A DNA stretch of 64,000 nucleotides from a bacterium (lineage in GTDB: Bacteria > Electryoneota > Electryoneia > Electryoneales > Electryoneaceae), in the NCBI GenBank assembly GCA_963675295.2, contig CAXXKJ010000002.1, forward strand, positions 3,072,001 to 3,136,000. Direction: 5' to 3'. The notes under the pieces are model-generated. The model was not told the DNA's origin. It ran no database searches and saw only the letters and a program-made list of their open reading frames with translations. The translations under genes were made by a program, and so were the position numbers. How positions within the stretch are numbered: position 1 is the first letter of the stretch; each line of letters starts with the position of its first letter. This document shows positions 37,044 through 46,054 of the stretch, piece by piece.

Positions 37044-38432
37044 ATGAGCCAGTCTCATCGTACAACCTTGCCGCACCCGTCCGAAGCCGAGGTAGTGGAC
37101 GCTCTGCTCGCCAGCGTGGCCTGCGGTGTACTGATTCTCGATCACGAACTCAAGATCGTTCGCATCAATGACAGCGCCAGCGCGATCACCGGTATTTCGC
37201 TGGAAGATGCGCGAGGAATGCGTTGCTTTGAGATGCTCCGTCCGCAGGGCCGGTCGAAACGTTGCCTCGTCGATGATTGCCTGACGTTGAACAAGGCCCA
37301 TGACGAGCAAACGATGACCATCCTCGGCCGGGATGAGATAGAGTTGACGGTTCGTGTTGCCTGCCGGTTGATCCGTGATGTGGGGCGCAAGCTGCTCGGC
37401 GTGGTGGTTACGTTCGGCGACTTGTCAACGGTTCACGACCTGCGTCTCAGGATTGACCATCGCGCGTTGTTTCATGGCATGGTCTCGCAGGACCACAAGA
37501 TGCGGTCGATCTTCGAGGTGCTGCCGCGCATGGCGCAGAGCAACAGCACGGTGCTGATTCGTGGCGAAACTGGCACCGGCAAGGACCTGATCGCGCGCGC
37601 GATCCATGATCTCTCGGAACGATCGGGGAAACCGTTTGTCTCGGTCAATACGGCCGCCCTGCCGGATACGTTGCTCGAGGCGGAACTGTTCGGCCACACC
37701 AAGGGCGCGTTCACCGATGCCAAGGCCGACCGTGCCGGGCGTATCGCGGTGGCGGAAGGTGGTACGTTGTTCCTGGACGAAATCGGCGACATCAGCCCGA
37801 TGATGCAGGTCAAGCTGCTGCGGTTCCTGCAGGAACGGAAGTACGAACCATTGGGCTCGAGCCGCTCGCGGAAGGCGGACGTGCGAGTCATTGCGGCGAC
37901 CAACCGCAACCTTGAACAGATGATGACCACCGGGCAGTTCCGCGAGGATTTTTTCTACCGGCTGAACGTGCTCACCATTGACCTCCCGCCGTTGCGCGAA
38001 AGAGTCAACGACATCCCGTTGCTGGTCAGCCATTTCCTGCACGCGTTGGACTTGATCGAGGGTCACATCCCGCTGGAAGTCTCCACTGATGCGATGCAGG
38101 CGCTGGTAGCGTACGAGTATCCTGGCAACGTGCGCGAACTGGAGAATATCATCGAACGCTCGGCAATTCTGTCGCGTGATCGTATTCTAAACCTGCACGA
38201 TCTACCTGAACACATACGTACTAACGGCACCGGGATCATCGAAGCGATGGACGCGGATAAACCATCCAACGGTTCCCCAGCCAACGGACTGACGCCGATG
38301 GAGCAGGCGGAACGGGAAACGATTCGTTCGATGCTGCAGCACAATCACGGCAACAAACTGCGCACAGCGGAAGCGTTGTCGATTTCCCGCACGACCTTAT
38401 GGCGGAAGCTGAAGAAGTATTCGTTGTTGTAG
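37044..38432 (+). CDS. PAS-domain sigma54-dependent transcriptional activator (Fis-family HTH)
   Basis: GETGTGKD, ELFGHTKGAFTDA, FLDEIGD, FREDFFYRLNV, YPGNVRELEN, ISRTTLWRKLKKY. Confidence 0.93.
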   Translation: MSQSHRTTLPHPSEAEVVDALLASVACGVLILDHELKIVRINDSASAITGISLEDARGMRCFEMLRPQGRSKRCLVDDCLTLNKAHDEQTMTILGRDEIELTVRVACRLIRDVGRKLLGVVVTFGDLSTVHDLRLRIDHRALFHGMVSQDHKMRSIFEVLPRMAQSNSTVLIRGETGTGKDLIARAIHDLSERSGKPFVSVNTAALPDTLLEAELFGHTKGAFTDAKADRAGRIAVAEGGTLFLDEIGDISPMMQVKLLRFLQERKYEPLGSSRSRKADVRVIAATNRNLEQMMTTGQFREDFFYRLNVLTIDLPPLRERVNDIPLLVSHFLHALDLIEGHIPLEVSTDAMQALVAYEYPGNVRELENIIERSAILSRDRILNLHDLPEHIRTNGTGIIEAMDADKPSNGSPANGLTPMEQAERETIRSMLQHNHGNKLRTAEALSISRTTLWRKLKKYSLL

Positions 38433-38567
38433 CCCTGAGCGCGCTGACTCGTGGAATCCCGCGGGCAGGCGTGGCATGAATCCCAGTATATTGCAGCTCA
38501 CGTTTGGTTGACCGGCATGAACGACCCGGAGGACGGTTTGAGCGGAGAGTGGATGAGACCCCGAAAC

Positions 38568-39851
38568 ATGTCATCTCACAAGCATGTGGATCTTTGCTGG
38601 TGCCTAGCGGCGGCCTTCGGATTGGCACTGGTCACCCCCGGAATCAGTCGGGCGTTCTTCGAAGACCTGTACGTGAGCGGATTTGTCAGCCAGGGCTACT
38701 ACAAGACCTCCGAGTACGATTACGGAATCGACAACAGCCAGGATGGCACGGCCGAGTTCAACGAAGCCGCGCTTTCGGTGTATTCCCAGCCCACCGAAAA
38801 ACTGCACATCGGCGTGCAGCTATTGTCCCGCGATATGGGCGATATCGGCAACAACAGCGTCCGTCTCGACTGGGCCTATGGCGATTACCGTTGGCGGGAC
38901 TGGTTGGGTGTACGTGCTGGCAAGGTGAAGCTGCAGATGGGGTTGTACAGCATCGGCTGGGATGTTGACATGTTACGCACCCCGATTTTCCTGCCGGGGA
39001 GTGTGTATTCGGAATCGTGGCGTGATTTCACCCTTGCACATGAGGGCATCAGCTTCTACGGAAACTCGGGTGCGGGGTCGTGGGGCGACCTTGATTACGA
39101 AGTGTTCGCCGGAGCATTAAACGTGCCCGACGTGTCCAACAGCTACTGGAAGAAGGCGTTCTCCAGCGATATCCAGTTTGAACTGGAATATGTCAACCCG
39201 ATCTTCGCTGATTCGCTCAGGTACGAGTTCATCCGTGCCGAGGAATTGTCGATCAACTTCCCCTGGATCATGGGTGGAGCGCTGGTCTGGAACACACCGC
39301 TAAATGGCCTGCGTTTCGCGTCCATGGTCAATGTCGGTGAATATGACATGACCTTCCACTCTCTGATCTACCAGGACACCATTGATCCAGATACCGGCGA
39401 GCTGCAGGATCGCTCGATGATCGATTTGCGTGCCGCCTGGAAAGACCGGTACTACATGAACGTCTTTTCGATGGAATACGCCTGGAAGCAATTCATCGCC
39501 TCCGCGGAACTGTTGAACTTCAAGGACACCGGCGGCGTCAGCCAGGGCTGGTATGCGATGCTGACCTGGGAGCCGGCGTCATTGTATTCGTTCAGCACGT
39601 ACGTCTCGGAACACGTGCAGGACATCGATGATCGTGAAGGCAAGCGTTATGTCGAGCTTGGTTTGCCCGACTACGCCGGCTGGCAGCGGGAGGTAGCCCT
39701 GTCCGGCAGGCTGAATCTGACCCAGAACTGGCTGATCAAGGCAGAGGTTCATGGGTATGACGGTGTCGGCCAGGTACTGTACCGGGATATTGGCGACGAG
39801 ACCAATCGGTACTGGACAATGTTCGCGCTGAAGACAACGTTCCACTTCTAA
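38568..39851 (+). CDS. Outer-membrane porin-like beta-barrel
   Basis: Signal peptide; SGFVSQG, LDWAYGDY, GVRAGKVK, WLIKAEVH, terminal TTFHF. Confidence 0.7.
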   Translation: MSSHKHVDLCWCLAAAFGLALVTPGISRAFFEDLYVSGFVSQGYYKTSEYDYGIDNSQDGTAEFNEAALSVYSQPTEKLHIGVQLLSRDMGDIGNNSVRLDWAYGDYRWRDWLGVRAGKVKLQMGLYSIGWDVDMLRTPIFLPGSVYSESWRDFTLAHEGISFYGNSGAGSWGDLDYEVFAGALNVPDVSNSYWKKAFSSDIQFELEYVNPIFADSLRYEFIRAEELSINFPWIMGGALVWNTPLNGLRFASMVNVGEYDMTFHSLIYQDTIDPDTGELQDRSMIDLRAAWKDRYYMNVFSMEYAWKQFIASAELLNFKDTGGVSQGWYAMLTWEPASLYSFSTYVSEHVQDIDDREGKRYVELGLPDYAGWQREVALSGRLNLTQNWLIKAEVHGYDGVGQVLYRDIGDETNRYWTMFALKTTFHF

Positions 39852-39863
39852 CCGGAGGATGAG

Positions 39864-40292
39864 ATGAAGCTATCACGGCTCAGCGTCCTCCTGGTGTTGG
39901 CGCTGTTGTTGATGATTGTGGGTGTGTCGCAGGCATCCGGCGTGATCGTGATCGCGAATCCGGACGTGGCCGACTCGTCGCTGGACAAGGACTTGCTCAC
40001 CCGGATCTACCAGGGCAAGGTGTCCCGTTGGCACAATGACAGCAAGGTCGTGCCGGTGATGTTGAGGGATGGCCCGACACACGAGGCTTTTGCGACAGAC
40101 TACCTGGGAACAACTCCGTCCCGCTTTCGTACGTATTGGAAACAGGCAGTCTTCAGCGGACGAGGGATCCCACCGAAATCGTTTGACAGCGAGTTGGAAC
40201 TTGTCAAATACGTCGCGTCCACACCCGGCGCGATTGGTTATGTGTCCCCGCTGACACCGTTAACGGGCGTCAAGAAGTTGGCGATCCGTTGA
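39864..40292 (+). CDS. Small exported PstS-like (PBP type 2) single-domain protein
   Basis: VIVIAN, IYQGKVSRW, YWKQAVFSG, YVASTPGAIGYV. Confidence 0.75.
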   Translation: MKLSRLSVLLVLALLLMIVGVSQASGVIVIANPDVADSSLDKDLLTRIYQGKVSRWHNDSKVVPVMLRDGPTHEAFATDYLGTTPSRFRTYWKQAVFSGRGIPPKSFDSELELVKYVASTPGAIGYVSPLTPLTGVKKLAIR

Positions 40293-40332
40293 AGCGGTCG
40301 CGGCGGACCGGCACATCCAGTTCGGGATCTCG

Positions 40333-43164
40333 ATGAAGTTTACCACGAAAATCCTGATGATGCCGCTGGCGGCACTGCTTGCGTTGACAACGATTTTCGG
40401 GTTGTTGTGGCGCACCGGTACCACCACCCTGCAGCAGTATGACCTCATCCAGGAAGAGCACGTCCATGCTCTCGAACTCAGCCACAAGATGGAAAAGCTG
40501 GCGATTGAGATTCGCCAGAATCTTGCCGATGCAGCCACGGTCGGCGATCCGGACCGTGTCCTCGAAGCGGACAGCCTCGCACGTGAATTTCGCTCCGATC
40601 TGGAGGAATTCAAGAGCATTCCCAGTGTTGACGTCGCCAGCATCACCGTCGTCAGTGCCACCTTCAGCGAATATTACGACCACGCGCGCAACACGTCATT
40701 GCGGATGCTGGATCAGGAACTGAGTGACGACCTGATCGCGGAAGCGATCCAGATGAACGCCGACTTTGAGCAACTGGTGGACCAGCTCGATGTCGCCACT
40801 CAACGCCGTCAACAGGGCATTGCGGACGCGTTCGACGTCGCCCGCGAGAGTCTGCAACACTCGGGCAAGGGGATCAGCCTGACCATTCTCGCGTTGCTAC
40901 TGGTGTTGCTGGCAGTGTCTTTCGCAGCGATAGCGTCGGTGTTGCGTCCGCTCCGACGTTTGATGAACGCGACCGAGGCGATCACTCGTGGCGACCTGAA
41001 CGCGAACATCGATTACGACTGCAAGGACGAGATGGGTCGTTTGGCCGACTCGTTCCGGCACATGCAGACCAGCCTGATTGCGGACATCGAACGCCGCGAG
41101 AAGATGGAAGCGGCGATCCGTGACAGCGAAAAGATGTACCGTCTGCTGGCGGACAACAGTTCGGATGTCATCTGGACGATGGACCGGGAAGGCCGGTTCA
41201 CCTACTTCAGTCCGTCCGTGCATCGTCACCTCGGCTACACCCCTACCGAAGCTATCGGGCTGACGATGGAGGATCTGTTTCCGGATACCCAATGCGTCGA
41301 ATTTCGTGCGGCCACAGAACAGTTGTTTGACCGCAAGAATGTTCGTCACGATTCCGTCCAGGACACCAAGCTGCTGCGCCGCAAAGACGGCAACACCATC
41401 TGGTCGGAGATTACCGCCAACCTGTTGATCGACGAAACGGGCGAGGCGGTTGGCTTGAGCGGTGTCGCGCGTGACATCACCGACCGCAAGCTGGCACAGG
41501 AAGCGCTGCGTGAAAGCGAAGAACGGCTGCGTTCCATTTTCATGAACAGCACGCTCGGCATTTTTCGCACCACTCCGCAGGGTAAGGTTATCGCCGCGAA
41601 TCCAGCCGCTGCTGAGATGTTCGGATACGAGGACCCCGAGGAAACCGCGCGTGAGATTGACGACATCTCGCAGGAATTGTACGCGGACCCGGAAGATCGT
41701 GTCTGGGTGATGGAAGCGTTACAACTCAACGGGCAGATGAACGCCGAGCTGATGTTCCGCCGTCGTGGCGCGGACGATTCCCACTTCCCCGCTCAGCTCA
41801 ACTTGTGGACGGTAGCCAACGAAGACGGCAGCATCCGTTGCATCGAGGGCATGATCGAGGACATCACCGACCGCCGCCAGTTGCTGGAAGCGGTGCGGCA
41901 GAGCGAGGAACGGCTGCAGCTCGCGTTTGACGCCGCCAATGACGGGTTGTTTGATCACAACCTGAAGACTGGCACGATGTACCTCAGCCCACGCTATTAC
42001 AGCATGCTGGGGTATGAGCCGGGCGATTTCGAACCGAGCATGAACAAGGTCATCGAGCTGCTGCATCCGGATGATTTTGAAAAGGGCCCGCAGGCGTTCG
42101 AAAAACACCGGAAGACGGGCGAACCATACGATCTGGAAGCCCGTTTCCGTCACAAGAACGGCGAGTGGATCTGGATTCATACCCGCGGCAAGGTGGTCGA
42201 GTGGGACGAAGATGGTGAGCCGTTGCGCTTCGTCGGCACCAACGTTGACATCACCAAGCGCAAGCAGGCCGAAGAAGAGCTGAAGCTGGCGCAGCAGGAA
42301 CTGCTGGACGCCGCCCACAACGCCGGCATGGCCGAGATTGCGACCAGCGTGCTGCACAATGTCGGCAACGCATTGAACGGCGCAATCACCTCGACGACGG
42401 TGATGGATAAAACGCTGAAACACACGCGTCTCAGCCATCTCACCCGTCTCGCCGGCCTGATCGACCAGCACAAGGACGATCTCGCGAACTTCGTCGCCAC
42501 CAGCGAACAGGGCAAGAAGCTGCCGCAGTTCTTCAACCAGTTGAGCGAAGTCATTTCCGGCGAACACGCCCGCATCAAGGACGAATTAAAGTCTTTGGAG
42601 AAGAGCCACGAACACATCCGCCAGATCATCGCGCTGCAACAGCAGTATGCAGGCATGCCGGGCTACAAGGAGGATGTGTACGCGGCGGATTTGGTCAATG
42701 ACGCGGTGCAGTTGTTCGGGGCGTCGTTCCAGCGGCACAGCATCAAGTTCAAGGTCGACCGTCCGAAGAATTTGCCGGCGGTACATGTTGAAAAGCACAA
42801 GGTGCTGCAGATCCTGATTAACCTGCTGAAAAACGCGCGCGACGCGGTGCGCGACACGGATCGCAGTGACCGCGAGATCACGGTGCACATCCATCAGAAC
42901 GGCACCGATGATCTGAAGATCGAGGTGAAAGACAACGGTGTCGGGATCCGGGACGAGGACATGCAGAAGATCTTCGGCTACGGATTCACCACCAAGCGCG
43001 ACGGGCATGGTTACGGCCTGCACGGTTGCGCCAACAGTGCCCGGGAGATGGGCGGTGAACTGACAGCCAGCAGCGAAGGGGCGAACAAGGGTGCTACCTT
43101 CACGCTGACGCTTCCACTGGAAGAAACCGAGGATCAACGTGCCCGAACCGCAGACGTGGAATAA
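40333..43164 (+). CDS. Membrane sensor histidine kinase (HAMP, three PAS, HisKA, HATPase)
   Basis: Two TMs, DEMGRLADSF HAMP, three PAS/PAC (DITDRK, DITDRR, DITKRK), ATSVLHNVGNALN, QILINLLKNA, DNGVG, GHGYGLH. Confidence 0.92.
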   Translation: MKFTTKILMMPLAALLALTTIFGLLWRTGTTTLQQYDLIQEEHVHALELSHKMEKLAIEIRQNLADAATVGDPDRVLEADSLAREFRSDLEEFKSIPSVDVASITVVSATFSEYYDHARNTSLRMLDQELSDDLIAEAIQMNADFEQLVDQLDVATQRRQQGIADAFDVARESLQHSGKGISLTILALLLVLLAVSFAAIASVLRPLRRLMNATEAITRGDLNANIDYDCKDEMGRLADSFRHMQTSLIADIERREKMEAAIRDSEKMYRLLADNSSDVIWTMDREGRFTYFSPSVHRHLGYTPTEAIGLTMEDLFPDTQCVEFRAATEQLFDRKNVRHDSVQDTKLLRRKDGNTIWSEITANLLIDETGEAVGLSGVARDITDRKLAQEALRESEERLRSIFMNSTLGIFRTTPQGKVIAANPAAAEMFGYEDPEETAREIDDISQELYADPEDRVWVMEALQLNGQMNAELMFRRRGADDSHFPAQLNLWTVANEDGSIRCIEGMIEDITDRRQLLEAVRQSEERLQLAFDAANDGLFDHNLKTGTMYLSPRYYSMLGYEPGDFEPSMNKVIELLHPDDFEKGPQAFEKHRKTGEPYDLEARFRHKNGEWIWIHTRGKVVEWDEDGEPLRFVGTNVDITKRKQAEEELKLAQQELLDAAHNAGMAEIATSVLHNVGNALNGAITSTTVMDKTLKHTRLSHLTRLAGLIDQHKDDLANFVATSEQGKKLPQFFNQLSEVISGEHARIKDELKSLEKSHEHIRQIIALQQQYAGMPGYKEDVYAADLVNDAVQLFGASFQRHSIKFKVDRPKNLPAVHVEKHKVLQILINLLKNARDAVRDTDRSDREITVHIHQNGTDDLKIEVKDNGVGIRDEDMQKIFGYGFTTKRDGHGYGLHGCANSAREMGGELTASSEGANKGATFTLTLPLEETEDQRARTADVE

Positions 43165-44566
43165 CCGTCGCATTCTCCTCGTGGACGACCAGGAACAGAT
43201 CCACGAGGATTACCGCAAGATTCTCACCCCGGACGACTCCCACGGGCAGGAAGTCGACCAGCTCGCCAGCGATTTCTTCGGCGACGACGACAGCGAACCG
43301 TCCGCTGGCAACAGCAACCAAGTCGAACTCCCATCATTCCAGCTCGAATCCGCCTACCAGGGCCAGGAAGCGCTGGAAATGGTCAAACAGGCGCTGGAGG
43401 CGGGAATTCCGTACTCGCTGGCGCTGGTGGATGTGCGCATGCCGCCAGGCTGGGACGGCATCGAGACCATCGACCGCATCCTTCGTGTCGACAAGGACAT
43501 CCAGATCGTCATCTGCACCGCCTATGCAGACTATGTCTGGGAGGATATCCACGACACCTTCGGCGCGCGCGACAACATCCTCTTCATGCGCAAGCCGTTC
43601 GACGCAACCGAGGTTCAGCAGCTAGCGTGCACATTGACCGAAAAGTGGAACCTCGCACGCCAGGCGAGGATGAAGGTCGAGGAGCTGGAAACCCTCGCTG
43701 ACCAGCGTACGCGTGAATTGCAGCAGAGCAACGAGGAACTGCAGGACGCGATGACCGACCTGCGCCGGACGCAAGTGCAGTTGATTCAGTCGGAGAAGAT
43801 GGCATCATTGGGTTCGATGGTCGCCGGTGTCGCGCATGAGATCAACACGCCGATCGGTGCCGTTGCCAGCATGCACAGCACGCTCGTCACCGCGATCAAG
43901 CGCATGAACGACATCCTCAATGACATGTGCGACGAATCCGACCCGCGGCTGAAAAAGCTGGAAAAGACGATGAAGGTGATCGGCGACGCAAACCGGGTGA
44001 TTTCGTCCGGCACCGAACGTGTCACCACCATCGTCAAGCGGCTCAAGAGTTTCGCGCGGCTGGATGAGGCCGAGCTGAAGACGGTCGATATTCATCAGGG
44101 ATTGGACGATACGCTCGAAATCGCGCATCACGAACTGAAGTACGCGGTGAAAGTGGTACGGGAATACGGCGATGTGCCGGAATTCGCCTGCTACCCGAGC
44201 AAGCTGAACCAGGTGTTCCTCAACCTGTTCATGAACAGCCGCCAGGCGATTGAAACCACGGGCACGTTGACCATCCGCACCCGGGTTGAAAACAATCAGG
44301 TGGTCATCGAAGTCGCGGACACCGGCAAGGGCATCAAGGCGGAGAATCTGAAACGCATCTTCGACCCTGGGTTTACGACGAAGGGTGTCGGAGTCGGCAC
44401 CGGGCTCGGCCTGTCCATCGTGTTCCAGATCATTGAAGAACACTTCGGCACAATTGAAGCCAGCAGCGAAGTCGGGGTCGGGACGACATTTACCATCCGT
44501 TTACCGCTGGATCTGGAAGAACGCATCGAACGCAAGAAGAGGGGCGGCAAACCGCACTCTGCGTGA
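43139..44566 (+). CDS. Hybrid receiver / histidine kinase
   Basis: ILLVDD..VDVRMPPGWDG..KPF receiver; EKMASLG..AHEINTP; LNQVFLNL; GTGLGL. Confidence 0.92.
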   Translation: MPEPQTWNNRRILLVDDQEQIHEDYRKILTPDDSHGQEVDQLASDFFGDDDSEPSAGNSNQVELPSFQLESAYQGQEALEMVKQALEAGIPYSLALVDVRMPPGWDGIETIDRILRVDKDIQIVICTAYADYVWEDIHDTFGARDNILFMRKPFDATEVQQLACTLTEKWNLARQARMKVEELETLADQRTRELQQSNEELQDAMTDLRRTQVQLIQSEKMASLGSMVAGVAHEINTPIGAVASMHSTLVTAIKRMNDILNDMCDESDPRLKKLEKTMKVIGDANRVISSGTERVTTIVKRLKSFARLDEAELKTVDIHQGLDDTLEIAHHELKYAVKVVREYGDVPEFACYPSKLNQVFLNLFMNSRQAIETTGTLTIRTRVENNQVVIEVADTGKGIKAENLKRIFDPGFTTKGVGVGTGLGLSIVFQIIEEHFGTIEASSEVGVGTTFTIRLPLDLEERIERKKRGGKPHSA

Positions 44567-44729
44567 GGTGAACGGTCAATAGCGGAGCGCTCTCCGGTGC
44601 TCCCGAACGTTCCCCGGATTCCTCCCCCCCGCACATCCCGTCCTATACTCACGTTTAGCTTTTTTTCAGCCGTTTTCTACGGCACCACAGGGTTCATCAC
44701 GATCGGTTTCGATTGCGGTGGGAGAACGC

Positions 44730-46052
44730 ATGAAGCCATTCCTTAAGACTTTTTCCATTGGATTCACTGTCATCCTGCTGGCGGGTCTCGTGCTTTGTCC
44801 GGAGCGTGTTTTCGCCGGGGACGATGACACAATCTACCAGCCGTCCATGACTCACGCGGACAGCGTGAAAGCGTGGCAGGAAGCGGTAGACAACGACAAC
44901 GCGCTGGATGTCACCGGCGACGTGATCGGCGAAGTTGTCTTTATCCCGTTGCGAGTCGTGTTCACCGGTGTCCGGGAAGGCGCACGGATCGTCAGCGAGG
45001 AGCAGCTGATCGCCAAGGTGGACGATTTCCTCTCGTCCGATGATGGCACCCGCCGAGTCGTGCCAATCGCTTCGCCGACCACCGGCCTCGGCGCGAAGTT
45101 CAAGTACAAGCCGGACCCGACGATCAAGGCGAATATCGCGCTGCTCGGGGCGTGGTGGATGTACGGCCGCCAGACCTACCGTCTGCACGCCGAAAAATGG
45201 CCGTTGCTGCCGCATGTCACCGGCCACCTCGCCGGCGAATACCATCTCTATCCCGACGAACGGTTCTATGGCATCGGGATGGCGACGAAGAAGTCAGATG
45301 AAGTGTTCTACCGGCACGAAGCGACATTCGCCGAAGCCGGGCTTGGATTCGACCTGCATCGCTGGCTGGAACTGACCGCACATGGCGAATACCGCGCGAA
45401 CAACCTCTACAACAGCGTGCTGAAGCCAACCGTCAACTTCGACACCTACGGTAGTGTGCAGAACCTGGCGCCGTATTCGGGCCGGATTGACATGGCCAGC
45501 ACCACACTGGCACTCGAGTTTAACACCGCGGTCAACCGTGCACGCCCGATGAACGGTTTCGTCACCAGGGTTTCCGGCGGATATCACAACCAGGTGGATG
45601 GCGACGATTTCGGCTACTGGGACTCTCGTGTCCTGATCGGGAAATACTTCCACATCATGTACGAGCGGGTGCTGTATTTCGACATCGCCGGCCAGTTCAC
45701 CGAACCGTTGACCGATCGTGCGATTCCGTTCTTTGAATTGCCGGAGTTGGGTGGCCGGGAAACGTTACGCGGCTTCAAGCGCGGACGCTACAGCGGCGAG
45801 CACACGGTACTGGGAACGGTCGAATACCGCATGCCGATCCGTGACATCTGGTCGGAATCGGGCTTCGATTTCGCCTTCTTCGCCGACTGGGGCAAGGTTG
45901 TGCAGGATGATGTCAGCGACTGGGACATGGATTCGATGCAGATCGGGTATGGATTCAGCTTGCAAACGTGGACGCTGGCCGGTGCGGCCGCGCGTCTCGA
46001 CGTCGGTTTCAGCCGTGAAGGCACACGGCTTTACTTCACCATGGGGTTGTGA
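44730..46052 (+). CDS. Omp85/BamA-TamA-family beta-barrel without evident POTRA domains
   Basis: Signal peptide; RFYGIG; LGGRETLRGFKRGRY loop-6 motif; EYRMPI; FADWGKV; terminal LYFTMGL. Confidence 0.78.
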   Translation: MKPFLKTFSIGFTVILLAGLVLCPERVFAGDDDTIYQPSMTHADSVKAWQEAVDNDNALDVTGDVIGEVVFIPLRVVFTGVREGARIVSEEQLIAKVDDFLSSDDGTRRVVPIASPTTGLGAKFKYKPDPTIKANIALLGAWWMYGRQTYRLHAEKWPLLPHVTGHLAGEYHLYPDERFYGIGMATKKSDEVFYRHEATFAEAGLGFDLHRWLELTAHGEYRANNLYNSVLKPTVNFDTYGSVQNLAPYSGRIDMASTTLALEFNTAVNRARPMNGFVTRVSGGYHNQVDGDDFGYWDSRVLIGKYFHIMYERVLYFDIAGQFTEPLTDRAIPFFELPELGGRETLRGFKRGRYSGEHTVLGTVEYRMPIRDIWSESGFDFAFFADWGKVVQDDVSDWDMDSMQIGYGFSLQTWTLAGAAARLDVGFSREGTRLYFTMGL

Positions 46053-46054
46053 TC

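Noticed and set aside
44584-44649. Loose similarity with 55733-55789 (GGAGCGC..CTCCGG..GTTCC..CCTAT) at both ends of the NTT locus
   Set aside because: The alignment needs many gaps in GC-rich sequence; cannot be told from chance by eye.
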